Origin: a virus
Lineage: Duplodnaviria > Caudoviricetes
DNA: 34,675 bases
Reading direction: 5' to 3' (one strand)
Virus record (IMG/VR): IMGVR_UViG_3300042453_001025
Span: 1-34,675 of that record
The notes below the pieces were generated by a model, which ran no database searches, was not told where the DNA came from, and was given only the letters and a program-made list of their open reading frames with translations. How positions within the stretch are numbered: position 1 is the stretch's first letter; each line of letters starts with the position of its first letter. Shown here piece by piece: positions 27,275 through 34,675 of the stretch. Made by a program: the position numbers and the translations under genes.

Positions 27275-28114
27275 ATGACCAACATTGAAAAGTTTTTGAA
27301 AAAGATTGGTGTACCATCCGACGCCATCGCAAAGTTGAACACCGAGGCCGACGACGTCAACATTGACGAAATCGCCGGAGAATTCCAAAACATTCAACGT
27401 GATGTTTTGAAAAATAATCCGGATTTCATTGGTTCGATTCGCGGCGAAGTAAAGGGAACCGAATTGTCGAAGATTGAGCAAAAAATCAAAAAGACATTCG
27501 GTCTATCGACTGAAGACGTCAAAGACAAAAAATTCGATGACATCATTTCGGTGGCCTTTGAAAAAATGAACAAAACGGCCGGGGCCGGCGCTGAAGAATT
27601 ACAAAAACGATTGATTGAATTGACCAACGAAAACAAACGCCTGGTTGATGAAATCATTCCGCAAAAGGAAAACGAGGCCAAACAGGCCATCAAAACGTTC
27701 AAACGCGAATCGTTCATCCAATCCGCCATCGCCAAACGTTCGTTGATTATTTCGCCCGAAGTTGTGAAACCGGCCGTCCAAACATATTTGGATTCCAATT
27801 TCAATATTGACGTTGATGACAACGGGGAAATCATTGTCAAAACGAAAAACAATTTGAATCCGTTGAACAATGATGGAACAAAAATCGTTACATTTGACGA
27901 AATATTGGATGGCCATTTGACGACATTGGGTGTGATTAAACAATCCAATGGCGGACAACAAACGCCACCAAAACAAACCAATGGAGCGCCGCAGACGCCG
28001 CCATCCGGAAACGGAGCCGAACCGCCAAAATATCAATTGGCCGGAATGGCAAAGGCCCAAGCCAACGCCGCATCATTGCAGACAATGAAAGTATTCGGAA
28101 ACGAATCGAAATAA
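27275..28114 (+). CDS. Capsid scaffolding protein
   Basis: Charged coiled coil with a Pro/Gly-rich tail, directly upstream of the capsid gene. Confidence 0.78.
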   Translation: MTNIEKFLKKIGVPSDAIAKLNTEADDVNIDEIAGEFQNIQRDVLKNNPDFIGSIRGEVKGTELSKIEQKIKKTFGLSTEDVKDKKFDDIISVAFEKMNKTAGAGAEELQKRLIELTNENKRLVDEIIPQKENEAKQAIKTFKRESFIQSAIAKRSLIISPEVVKPAVQTYLDSNFNIDVDDNGEIIVKTKNNLNPLNNDGTKIVTFDEILDGHLTTLGVIKQSNGGQQTPPKQTNGAPQTPPSGNGAEPPKYQLAGMAKAQANAASLQTMKVFGNESK

Positions 28115-28250
28115 ACCGGGGCCGTCGGGCCGTAAACGAATCACCGGGTTGATGGCGAACCGTAAACGCCAACCGGGGAACCGACCCAAATTCGGAATGA
28201 TTGCCATCATGGCGACCATTACGCGTTTGGGTTTTGTGTTATCTAACCCC
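28115..28250 (+). ncRNA. Candidate structured cis-regulatory RNA in the capsid leader
   Basis: Two hairpins sharing loop CCGTAAA (28130, 28160) plus a long hairpin at 28184-28232; folded by eye. Confidence 0.45.
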
Positions 28251-28291
28251 AACAAAATCAAACAAAAAAAACCTTTTTAAAAATTAAAAAA

Positions 28292-29317
28292 ATGGCATTT
28301 ACTCAAGGACTTTGTCAAAAATTGCAAACGGATTTAAATTCCGTTGCCGGAATGAACGCGCCGGCGCTGAAGCGCGACCGCGTTGGGTATTTGGACGCCC
28401 TAATGTCCGAAGAAAACCGCATGGGTTTTGAAGCGATTCCAATTCCAACAAATGGAAAATATCGCGCCGTTCAAGTGAACTACATTCAACGCGGAACGGC
28501 GGATTCGGTGAATTTAACATGTTCCGCATCATGTGATACCGACCAGGAAATTTCACCGTTGGAATCAATCGTGAACATCACCGAATGTATCGAAACAAAA
28601 GGAATGTTGTTTTCTGAAGACCAAATGAGAAAACTTTGCGAAGCGGATTCCGTTTATGTTTCCAACGTTATCATGTCGCAAATGAACGCCATCAACACGG
28701 CGTTGAATTCTCAATTGCTCGCAGAACAATCAACCAATTTCGGCAAATTCAGCGATGGAACAACCCAAAAGGATGTTCAATTGTTCGAAGCCACATCAAA
28801 CGCGCCCCGTGCGATTGCGGCCGCCCAAATCCGTCACGAATACGATTTGACCGGAGCATCCGGAGCGCCAATGATTATTGGCGGCGGAAACTTTGATTTG
28901 TACGCAAAAACCCAACAAATCGCGTGTTGTAATTCATCAACCGGAATGGATTTAAGCCGTTGGACTGACTATCGCTATTACAACGACCGTTTTGTTGACA
29001 CCGTAATTGGCGCCAACGAATTCATCGTTTTGGCCCCCGGCGCCGTTCAATTGCTCACATGGAACAAATACGTTGGTGATTACGCGAAGCGAAACGACGT
29101 GTTTGAACATGGAACAATCACCGACCCATTCACCGGGTTGACCTACGATTTGAAGGTTCACTATGACGATTGCGCGGACGCCTGGTCAATCAAACTCCAA
29201 TTGAATTGGGGATTGTTTTTCATTCCGGCCAACGCGTTTGGAACCGGCGATTTGAACGAAGGTGTGAACTACACATTCCATTTCGCTGATTGTTCAACAA
29301 TCGTTGGTTGCGACTAA
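28292..29317 (+). CDS. Major capsid protein
   Basis: 341 aa after the scaffold; strong A-rich leader; size and position fit a HK97-fold capsid protein. Confidence 0.82.
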   Translation: MAFTQGLCQKLQTDLNSVAGMNAPALKRDRVGYLDALMSEENRMGFEAIPIPTNGKYRAVQVNYIQRGTADSVNLTCSASCDTDQEISPLESIVNITECIETKGMLFSEDQMRKLCEADSVYVSNVIMSQMNAINTALNSQLLAEQSTNFGKFSDGTTQKDVQLFEATSNAPRAIAAAQIRHEYDLTGASGAPMIIGGGNFDLYAKTQQIACCNSSTGMDLSRWTDYRYYNDRFVDTVIGANEFIVLAPGAVQLLTWNKYVGDYAKRNDVFEHGTITDPFTGLTYDLKVHYDDCADAWSIKLQLNWGLFFIPANAFGTGDLNEGVNYTFHFADCSTIVGCD

Positions 29318-29352
29318 TTCAAATAATTTTCTAACATAAAAAAACATAAAAA

Positions 29353-29895
29353 ATGGCATTATGTACGTCAGCATGTGCGCCCGCATTACCGCCGGCGCCG
29401 TCCGCCGGTTGTGGAATCACAACCCGAAACGGCGGAATTTCGAAATTGGCATTCATCAAATGTGACTACACATTCACCGACGTAAGCGACCGCGACGAAT
29501 GGATTGCGGCGATTGCCGCCGGTGATGTTGTGTTGACTGGTTTGGTGTTGGGCCAAAAGGCAAAAGGAACATTCACCAAAAAACGCGTTTCGTCATGTAC
29601 ACCCGAAAGTATTGTTGGTGGCGAAAAGTCGGTGACGTTCCAAGATTACAATGCAGACCCGGACGATTGTACCGACATTAATTTCTACAATGAAATTCAG
29701 TTGAACGCGCCGTTGTATCAATTCGGATACTACACATGTGATGGATATTTTTATGGTCCAATCACATCGTTCACAATGGAAGTTGACCAGGTTATTGAAG
29801 ACAACAACACCGGTTCAATCTACTTTGATGGAACCGTTAGTTGGAACGCCGTGACCATGCCATGTGGCGTGGCCGTGAATTTGGATGGTTTGTAA
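29353..29895 (+). CDS. Major tail tube protein (probable)
   Basis: 180 aa, beta-rich; GGISKLAFI motif; strong leader; followed by a terminator, consistent with a high-copy structural protein. Confidence 0.62.
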   Translation: MALCTSACAPALPPAPSAGCGITTRNGGISKLAFIKCDYTFTDVSDRDEWIAAIAAGDVVLTGLVLGQKAKGTFTKKRVSSCTPESIVGGEKSVTFQDYNADPDDCTDINFYNEIQLNAPLYQFGYYTCDGYFYGPITSFTMEVDQVIEDNNTGSIYFDGTVSWNAVTMPCGVAVNLDGL

Positions 29896-29915
29896 ACCAA
29901 CCAATGTTGAGTCAT

Positions 29916-29954
29916 AAAAAAACCCGGTTGACGTTCGTTGACCGGGTTTTTTTT
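29916..29954 (+). terminator. Rho-independent terminator (possibly bidirectional)
   Basis: A7-CCCGGTTGACG-TT-CGTTGACCGGG-T8 hairpin with G-U pairs. Confidence 0.88.
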
Positions 29955-29955
29955 C

Positions 29956-29963
29956 TAACTTTG
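29956..29963 (+). promoter_or_regulatory. Putative -7 promoter box TAACTTTG
   Basis: TAnnTTTG directly after the terminator, before ATG 29980. Confidence 0.5.
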
Positions 29964-29979
29964 AAACAAAACAAAAGGA

Positions 29980-30786
29980 ATGGCGCTACAAATATTGGAT
30001 TGTTTGAATGGTCGAAACGAGGTGATTGCCGAATGTTGTTGTTTGGTTGAATGTACAATTTACAATGGGTATCCATACCAAATTGAAATCACCGATTTGA
30101 CATTTTCAACGGTTGATTTTACCATCAACAATATATTGTTTGACGGAAATCCAATTTCGTATCCATTGCGAATTGATAGTGAAACTTCAGCAAGTTTGAT
30201 TTTTTCTTTGTGCGCTCCAATTGATGAATTGACCGAAACCATTTCATTGGACATCACATCCATCACCGATGGAACGGAAACATTCACGTTTGATGTGAAT
30301 TCGGTTTTACCTTTTAGTGTGATTGCCGAAACTGAATTGATTTTTGGCGATGTTCCAATCAATTCGGGTGTTTCTTTACAAATTAGCATTTCCGACAGTC
30401 CTATGTGTTGCAATGATTACTATTTGAGTACATTGACCGCTCCGTTTTCGCATTCCGACGGTGTCACAATATGTCCCGAAAGTGGAACTCAATCGATAAA
30501 TGTATCATTTTCACCAACGGCCATTGGAAGTTTTTCCGAAAATTTGACAATTAGTATAAATGAATGCAATTCGGTTGTGATTCCATTGTCAGGCAATGGA
30601 GTTGAAGCGCCTGTGGGCGGAAACAATGTTTCGGGAAAACGGACCGTTGTTGATTGTCCAACGGGCGATTGTCGATTGTACAATCCACAACCAAAATTTG
30701 CACAACAAACAAAAAACGCAATCAACCAAATTTCACGGGCGACCAGGCCAAAAGGCGGACCCGGCCGTGGAACTAATTTCAGATAA
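29980..30786 (+). CDS. Ig-like/ASH (choice-of-anchor D-like) domain virion protein
   Basis: LIFGDVPINSG...INVSFSPTAIGSFSENLTI...IPLSGNG pattern; 12 Cys; basic C-terminal tail. Confidence 0.68.
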   Translation: MALQILDCLNGRNEVIAECCCLVECTIYNGYPYQIEITDLTFSTVDFTINNILFDGNPISYPLRIDSETSASLIFSLCAPIDELTETISLDITSITDGTETFTFDVNSVLPFSVIAETELIFGDVPINSGVSLQISISDSPMCCNDYYLSTLTAPFSHSDGVTICPESGTQSINVSFSPTAIGSFSENLTISINECNSVVIPLSGNGVEAPVGGNNVSGKRTVVDCPTGDCRLYNPQPKFAQQTKNAINQISRATRPKGGPGRGTNFR

Positions 30787-30791
30787 AAAAA

Positions 30792-31220
30792 ATGATTTAC
30801 CATCGCGACAAATTAGACACCGCGCCGGACATGATTGAATCCGCCGTTGTTAGTTTATACAAAGCCATTTGGCCACATGATGTTTTTGTCGTCACAACAT
30901 CCGAATTTCATGTGGAACGAATGAAACGTATGGAATCGGTGGCAAAATGCCAATTTTCCAAACCGTCATGGATTAAGTCAATCAACAAAAATGAAGGTGT
31001 GATTTTTACAATAACATCCGGAATGTTTCGCCGCAAACATGACCGTCATATTTTGACGGCCATTGAACGCGTAAAAAACGAACATGATGGATTGACCGTT
31101 GACATCATTGAAAATCAAAAATTCGGTGTGTATTTTTTCGGGCTGAAGAATAAAAAATCAAAAGAATCCGACGAATCCGAATTGGTTGATTTGCCGGAGC
31201 CAAAAAATGACCCCGAATGA
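30792..31220 (+). CDS. Hypothetical protein (142 aa)
   Basis: A-rich leader; ATGA-coupled to the endolysin. Confidence 0.68.
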   Translation: MIYHRDKLDTAPDMIESAVVSLYKAIWPHDVFVVTTSEFHVERMKRMESVAKCQFSKPSWIKSINKNEGVIFTITSGMFRRKHDRHILTAIERVKNEHDGLTVDIIENQKFGVYFFGLKNKKSKESDESELVDLPEPKNDPE

Positions 31221-31726
31221 AACAACCATTCAAATATTTGGTCATTCATTGCACTGCAACCAGGGAAGGCCAAAACATAACCCCGGACGACATCGTCCGT
31301 TGGCATACATCGCCACCGCCGCATGGTCGCGGATGGTCGCGCGTTGGGTATTCCGACATGATTTTGTTGGATGGCAGTCGTCGAACGTTTGTCAAACACA
31401 ATGGCGACCGTTGGATTGATGACGGAGAAATCACCAATGGCGTCAAAGGAATCAATTCGATTTCACGTCATGTGGTTTATGTTGGCGGATTGTCCGCAGA
31501 CGGACAACGTGTGAAAAACACAATGAATGACGCCCAATCACAAACATTGGCCGCCATCATTGACGAAGTTTTAAGGTATCAACCGGACGTTCTAATTGCC
31601 GGACACAATCAATTCGGGAACAAAGCGTGTCCATCGTTTTGGGTTCCAAAGTATTTGGAATCGTTATGGATTCCCGAAAAAAATATTTACAAAAAAGACC
31701 CTTTTGGATATGGCGAAATGTTTTGA
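31217..31726 (+). CDS. Endolysin, N-acetylmuramoyl-L-alanine amidase (Amidase_2, T7 lysozyme-like)
   Basis: YLVIHCTAT, GWSRVGY, VYVGG, GHNQF..KACPSF zinc-amidase motifs. Confidence 0.93.
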   Translation: MKQPFKYLVIHCTATREGQNITPDDIVRWHTSPPPHGRGWSRVGYSDMILLDGSRRTFVKHNGDRWIDDGEITNGVKGINSISRHVVYVGGLSADGQRVKNTMNDAQSQTLAAIIDEVLRYQPDVLIAGHNQFGNKACPSFWVPKYLESLWIPEKNIYKKDPFGYGEMF

Positions 31727-32651
31727 CAATTTTATTGGAATCCGTTGTGTTTCTCAGACAACACCGAAATCCGGATTGTATATTGACGATTTGGAGGGAA
31801 TCAATATTCGTCGCGCCGCAGACATGGCGGATTCGGGTTTTTCATCCGGTGTTCAATTACTCGAATCGAAAATCAATTTTGCCACCCAATTGATTTTGGA
31901 CGAAATGGCCCGGTTTGCCATGCCTTATTTCCGCATGAATTCATTGGTTGATGAATTGAAGGTCGGCGAATGGGACAACGCGTGGAATACCCCGGCTCCA
32001 TTGGACCGAGGCGTTCGCATCAACACCCGTGATTCGCGGATGTTACGTGTACGGGTTCAATCGGTAAAAATCAAAATACAACAAACCGGATATTCCGGAA
32101 CGGTTGACATTGCGGATGGAACCAATTCAACATCATTTCCGTATACAACCGACGTGAACGGTGAAGCCGAAATTTTCCCGAATTATTTATCCGAAACGGA
32201 CGAAATATTCGTGACCATGGACAACACGGCCATTGACACGAACAAAACCAAAGTGAAGGGAGGTTGCAAATGTTCGACGAAAAAAAGTGAATTTTTGATT
32301 GCGAATGGATGGTCCGGAACCACAACAACCGGAACGTCATTTGGATTGATTGTCGGAGCCGCCGCAGAATGTTCCATGGATGAAATTGGTTGTGTGATTG
32401 CTCAAAAATTGCGTTTTCCGATATTGTATCGGACGGGAATGGAAATCGCAAAAGAGGCGTTGACGACCGACCGGTTGAATTCAATCACACTTTTGGATTC
32501 TGACACCTGGAATTTTTGTTTGGAAAATTGGTCCGCGCAATATGACGCCCAAATGAAAACGGCCATTCAACAATTGCCGGAGTTATTCAACCGAATGGAC
32601 GACATTTGTATCATTTGCAATCAATCGCGCTATGTTTACGGAATGCCTTAA
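31710..32651 (+). CDS. Putative head-tail adaptor/virion protein (313 aa)
   Basis: Start ATG 31710 (MAKCFDNFIG); helical ends with a beta-rich middle; 9 Cys; function inferred. Confidence 0.55.
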   Translation: MAKCFDNFIGIRCVSQTTPKSGLYIDDLEGINIRRAADMADSGFSSGVQLLESKINFATQLILDEMARFAMPYFRMNSLVDELKVGEWDNAWNTPAPLDRGVRINTRDSRMLRVRVQSVKIKIQQTGYSGTVDIADGTNSTSFPYTTDVNGEAEIFPNYLSETDEIFVTMDNTAIDTNKTKVKGGCKCSTKKSEFLIANGWSGTTTTGTSFGLIVGAAAECSMDEIGCVIAQKLRFPILYRTGMEIAKEALTTDRLNSITLLDSDTWNFCLENWSAQYDAQMKTAIQQLPELFNRMDDICIICNQSRYVYGMP

Positions 32652-32664
32652 TAATTTAAATAAT

Positions 32665-32940
32665 ATGAAAACCATCACATCAAAAGTCCAACAATCAACA
32701 TTGGCCAAACCCGTCAAACGTACTGCAAAAGGAATTCAAGGTTTTGTAAAATCACCCAATCCAAAAGACCAAATTTTGAAAGCAAAAGTCACAACGGCGA
32801 CAAAGGAATTTTTTGACGCGTATTGTGCAAAATACAACATCACCGTTTCTCAATTGGTTTTGGCGGCCATCGAATGGTATACCGGATTTGATGGAACCAA
32901 TGGCGCCGAAATAATGAACAACAAAAACATGATTCCATGA
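32665..32940 (+). CDS. Ribbon-helix-helix-like DNA-binding protein
   Basis: QILKAKVTTATKEFFDAYCAKYNITVSQLVLAAIEWY fits the RHH strand-helix-helix pattern. Confidence 0.6.
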   Translation: MKTITSKVQQSTLAKPVKRTAKGIQGFVKSPNPKDQILKAKVTTATKEFFDAYCAKYNITVSQLVLAAIEWYTGFDGTNGAEIMNNKNMIP

Positions 32941-33023
32941 AATGCAATTGTTCCAAGCCATCGCGACCATCCACATCGCGTCCCGTAAGCAGACCAACAA
33001 CCCGTCCGCGTCCAAAATATTGA
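32937..33023 (+). CDS. Tiny basic CxC peptide (28 aa; not in ORF track)
   Basis: ATGA overlap; MKCNCSKPSRPSTSRPVSRPTTRPRPKY. Confidence 0.5.
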   Translation: MKCNCSKPSRPSTSRPVSRPTTRPRPKY

Positions 33024-33087
33024 CATAAGTCATCGCAACCATTTGCGTTTCGTATCGTATCCCCAAAGCCACCCGGATACACTTAAA

Positions 33088-33519
33088 ATGAAACGAAAAA
33101 TGGTCATATCTACAATTTTGGGCGGATTCGCCGCCGGGACAATATCCGCATTCATTAACGATTGGATTTTTGACCCGTCAATTTCTTATTTCAGCCTGGT
33201 TGGATTAATCGCCGCCGACCATTTGTCGGCGTCATATTTGGCGTTTAAACACAACCGATTCGATACACGGGTGGCGCTGAAGATTTTTTGGACCCTTTTA
33301 TCACATACGGCCCTTTTGATGTTTTCAACGAATTTATCAAAAGGGGCCGAAATTCTTTTTTGGTTGAATGAAGCCGTTTTTGTTCCAATTGTCATTGTCA
33401 ATTTGATGTCATTGGTGAAAAATTTGGCGTTGTTGGGTTGGATAAAAAAAGGATTTGCCCGAATGATAACAGACAAAATTGACAATCACAAAAACGAATT
33501 TTTGGAGGCGAAAAAATGA
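33088..33519 (+). CDS. Holin (phage holin 4-like)
   Basis: 3-4 TM segments; SLVKNLALLGW motif; charged C-terminus; next to the spanin candidate. Confidence 0.75.
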   Translation: MKRKMVISTILGGFAAGTISAFINDWIFDPSISYFSLVGLIAADHLSASYLAFKHNRFDTRVALKIFWTLLSHTALLMFSTNLSKGAEILFWLNEAVFVPIVIVNLMSLVKNLALLGWIKKGFARMITDKIDNHKNEFLEAKK

Positions 33520-33932
33520 AAAAAATGATTTTTGGTTTGGCAGTCATCGCAATCATGGCGACATCATGCCAACGTCACGTTTCAAAATATCCATGTTATA
33601 TTGAAAAGGAATGGACAACCACAATGGTCAAAGACACCGTGATTCATATCAACGGCGCCCGGATGGACACCGTGGTTGCGTTCGATGGCCGTGATACTGT
33701 ATTCATCCGCGACCATGAAACCAGGATTGAAACCATGATTCAATGGTTGCCGGGTGATTCAATATTTGTGGAAACCAAATGTCCATCGGACACGGTTCGT
33801 GTGGAGAATTACCACACCGAAACGGTCCGAACAATTGTTGTCAATGAAGAAACAAAAAAATGGTTGTGGTTGGTCCCGGCCATTTTTTGTCTTATTTTAG
33901 CGATGTACGCCATTCATAAACTGTTCAAATGA
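33516..33932 (+). CDS. Unimolecular spanin candidate
   Basis: Lipoprotein signal MKKMIFGLAVIAIMATS-C, beta-rich middle, C-terminal TM WLWLVPAIFCLILAMYAI. Confidence 0.68.
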   Translation: MKKMIFGLAVIAIMATSCQRHVSKYPCYIEKEWTTTMVKDTVIHINGARMDTVVAFDGRDTVFIRDHETRIETMIQWLPGDSIFVETKCPSDTVRVENYHTETVRTIVVNEETKKWLWLVPAIFCLILAMYAIHKLFK

Positions 33933-34369
33933 CGCCGCAAGAATTCGCCCGAAAAATCCAAACAACCGTCGCCAATGTCGAACGTGATGTTCCAAACCTT
34001 TTGTTGTTGGGTGGAAAACTTTTGGAAGGTGAAATGAAACAACGGATTTTCAACCAGGGTGGCGACGCTAACGGCGGAAAAATTGGAAAATATAAATCCA
34101 AATCATGGATTGAAAAACGAAAAGACAATGGACGTCAAACCGGAAACGTGGATTTGGAATTCACCGGTTCATTGCGCGATTCAATGCAGGTTGTCAAATC
34201 CGGTGACGAAGTGTTTTTGGCCATAATCAATTCGACCGATTATGTCAAAGCAAAAGGCCAAGAATCACGAAGAAAAAAACCAATCTTCATTCCAACCAAT
34301 GGAGAACGCCAGGACGTCGAAAATTATTTGTCCGACCTAATATCCGAACGGGTGTTGTCGTATTTTTGA
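33929..34369 (+). CDS. Neck/tail-completion (virion morphogenesis) protein
   Basis: VDLEFTGSLRDSM resembles the L.dTG.Lr.S motif of Mu gpG/P2 S-like proteins. Confidence 0.7.
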   Translation: MTPQEFARKIQTTVANVERDVPNLLLLGGKLLEGEMKQRIFNQGGDANGGKIGKYKSKSWIEKRKDNGRQTGNVDLEFTGSLRDSMQVVKSGDEVFLAIINSTDYVKAKGQESRRKKPIFIPTNGERQDVENYLSDLISERVLSYF

Positions 34370-34372
34370 TTT

Positions 34373-34675
34373 ATGGAACATTTGATTTGCAAGATTGCCG
34401 AATCCATCCATTCGGTGATTCCATCATTGACCAAATCGGTGTATTTGGCCAAAATCGATGACGATGGCCGCGTGTTGATTCGCGAAACCGGTTCGAATGA
34501 ATATCATTTCGCCGGCATACATGACCAGGATTCCGCATGGTTTTACATGCGATTTCGCAATGGCGGAAAAATCGAATACCAATCGCCATCGACCACAAAG
34601 AAATTCGCCGGAATCCAATCCTTTTTCCAAATACGCTACCAATTGCGAGTTGTCGCATGTCTGCGAGGGGCCGAA
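34373..34675 (+). CDS. 5' part of junction-spanning putative tail terminator gene
   Basis: ATG 34373 (MEHLICKIAESIHSVIP...) is open to the end of the window and continues at position 150. Confidence 0.65.
   Translation, partial: MEHLICKIAESIHSVIPSLTKSVYLAKIDDDGRVLIRETGSNEYHFAGIHDQDSAWFYMRFRNGGKIEYQSPSTTKKFAGIQSFFQIRYQLRVVACLRGAE
34527..34675. repeat. Terminal direct repeat, right copy
   Basis: Matches 1-149 with one mismatch. Confidence 0.97.

Noticed and set aside
28115-28180. Mini-CRISPR array from the 30-nt periodic repeats
   Set aside because: Repeats are only 6-9 nt in two or three copies, far shorter than CRISPR repeats, and there are no cas genes.
31596-31709. Upstream extensions given by the ORF track (also 660, 1990, 11492, 12850, 23273, 33043)
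   Set aside because: Downstream ATGs with stop/start coupling or A-rich leaders are more plausible starts.
1-34675. Stop-codon reassignment (TAG), as in some Bacteroidota phages
   Set aside because: Genes are intact and densely packed under the standard code. TAG is simply rare, and no suppressor tRNA was seen.

Overview
The window looks like a complete, circularly assembled genome of a tailed dsDNA phage (siphovirus-like). Bases 1-149 repeat at 34527-34675, so the unit length is about 34,526 bp, and one gene runs across the junction. Essentially all credible genes lie on the + strand, many coupled by ATGA/TAATG overlaps. Repeated TAnnTTTG promoter boxes (some with TTTG/TTG 19 nt upstream) and A-rich leaders without Shine-Dalgarno sites point to a Bacteroidota host. 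Early region (about 1.3-10.4 kb): Bet/RecT recombinase, tandem-HTH protein, C5 DNA methyltransferase with a nested +1-frame second subunit, replication initiator with iteron-like repeats, SSB and many small ORFs. Late region: TerS/TerL, tail assembly chaperone with a -1 slippery site, tape measure and tail-tip proteins, then portal, MuF minor head protein with a HExxH extension, scaffold, major capsid, tail tube, Ig/ASH-domain protein, amidase, holin, u-spanin candidate, neck/tail-completion genes and a CxxC membrane protein. No integrase, polymerase, RNA gene or CRISPR array was seen. The most intriguing signal is that outer virion proteins are very cysteine-rich while the tape measure and scaffold are Cys-free, alongside a co-transcribed CxxC membrane protein; this suggests a possible phage disulfide-crosslinking system. 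All calls come from reading motifs and gene context; no database searches were run.
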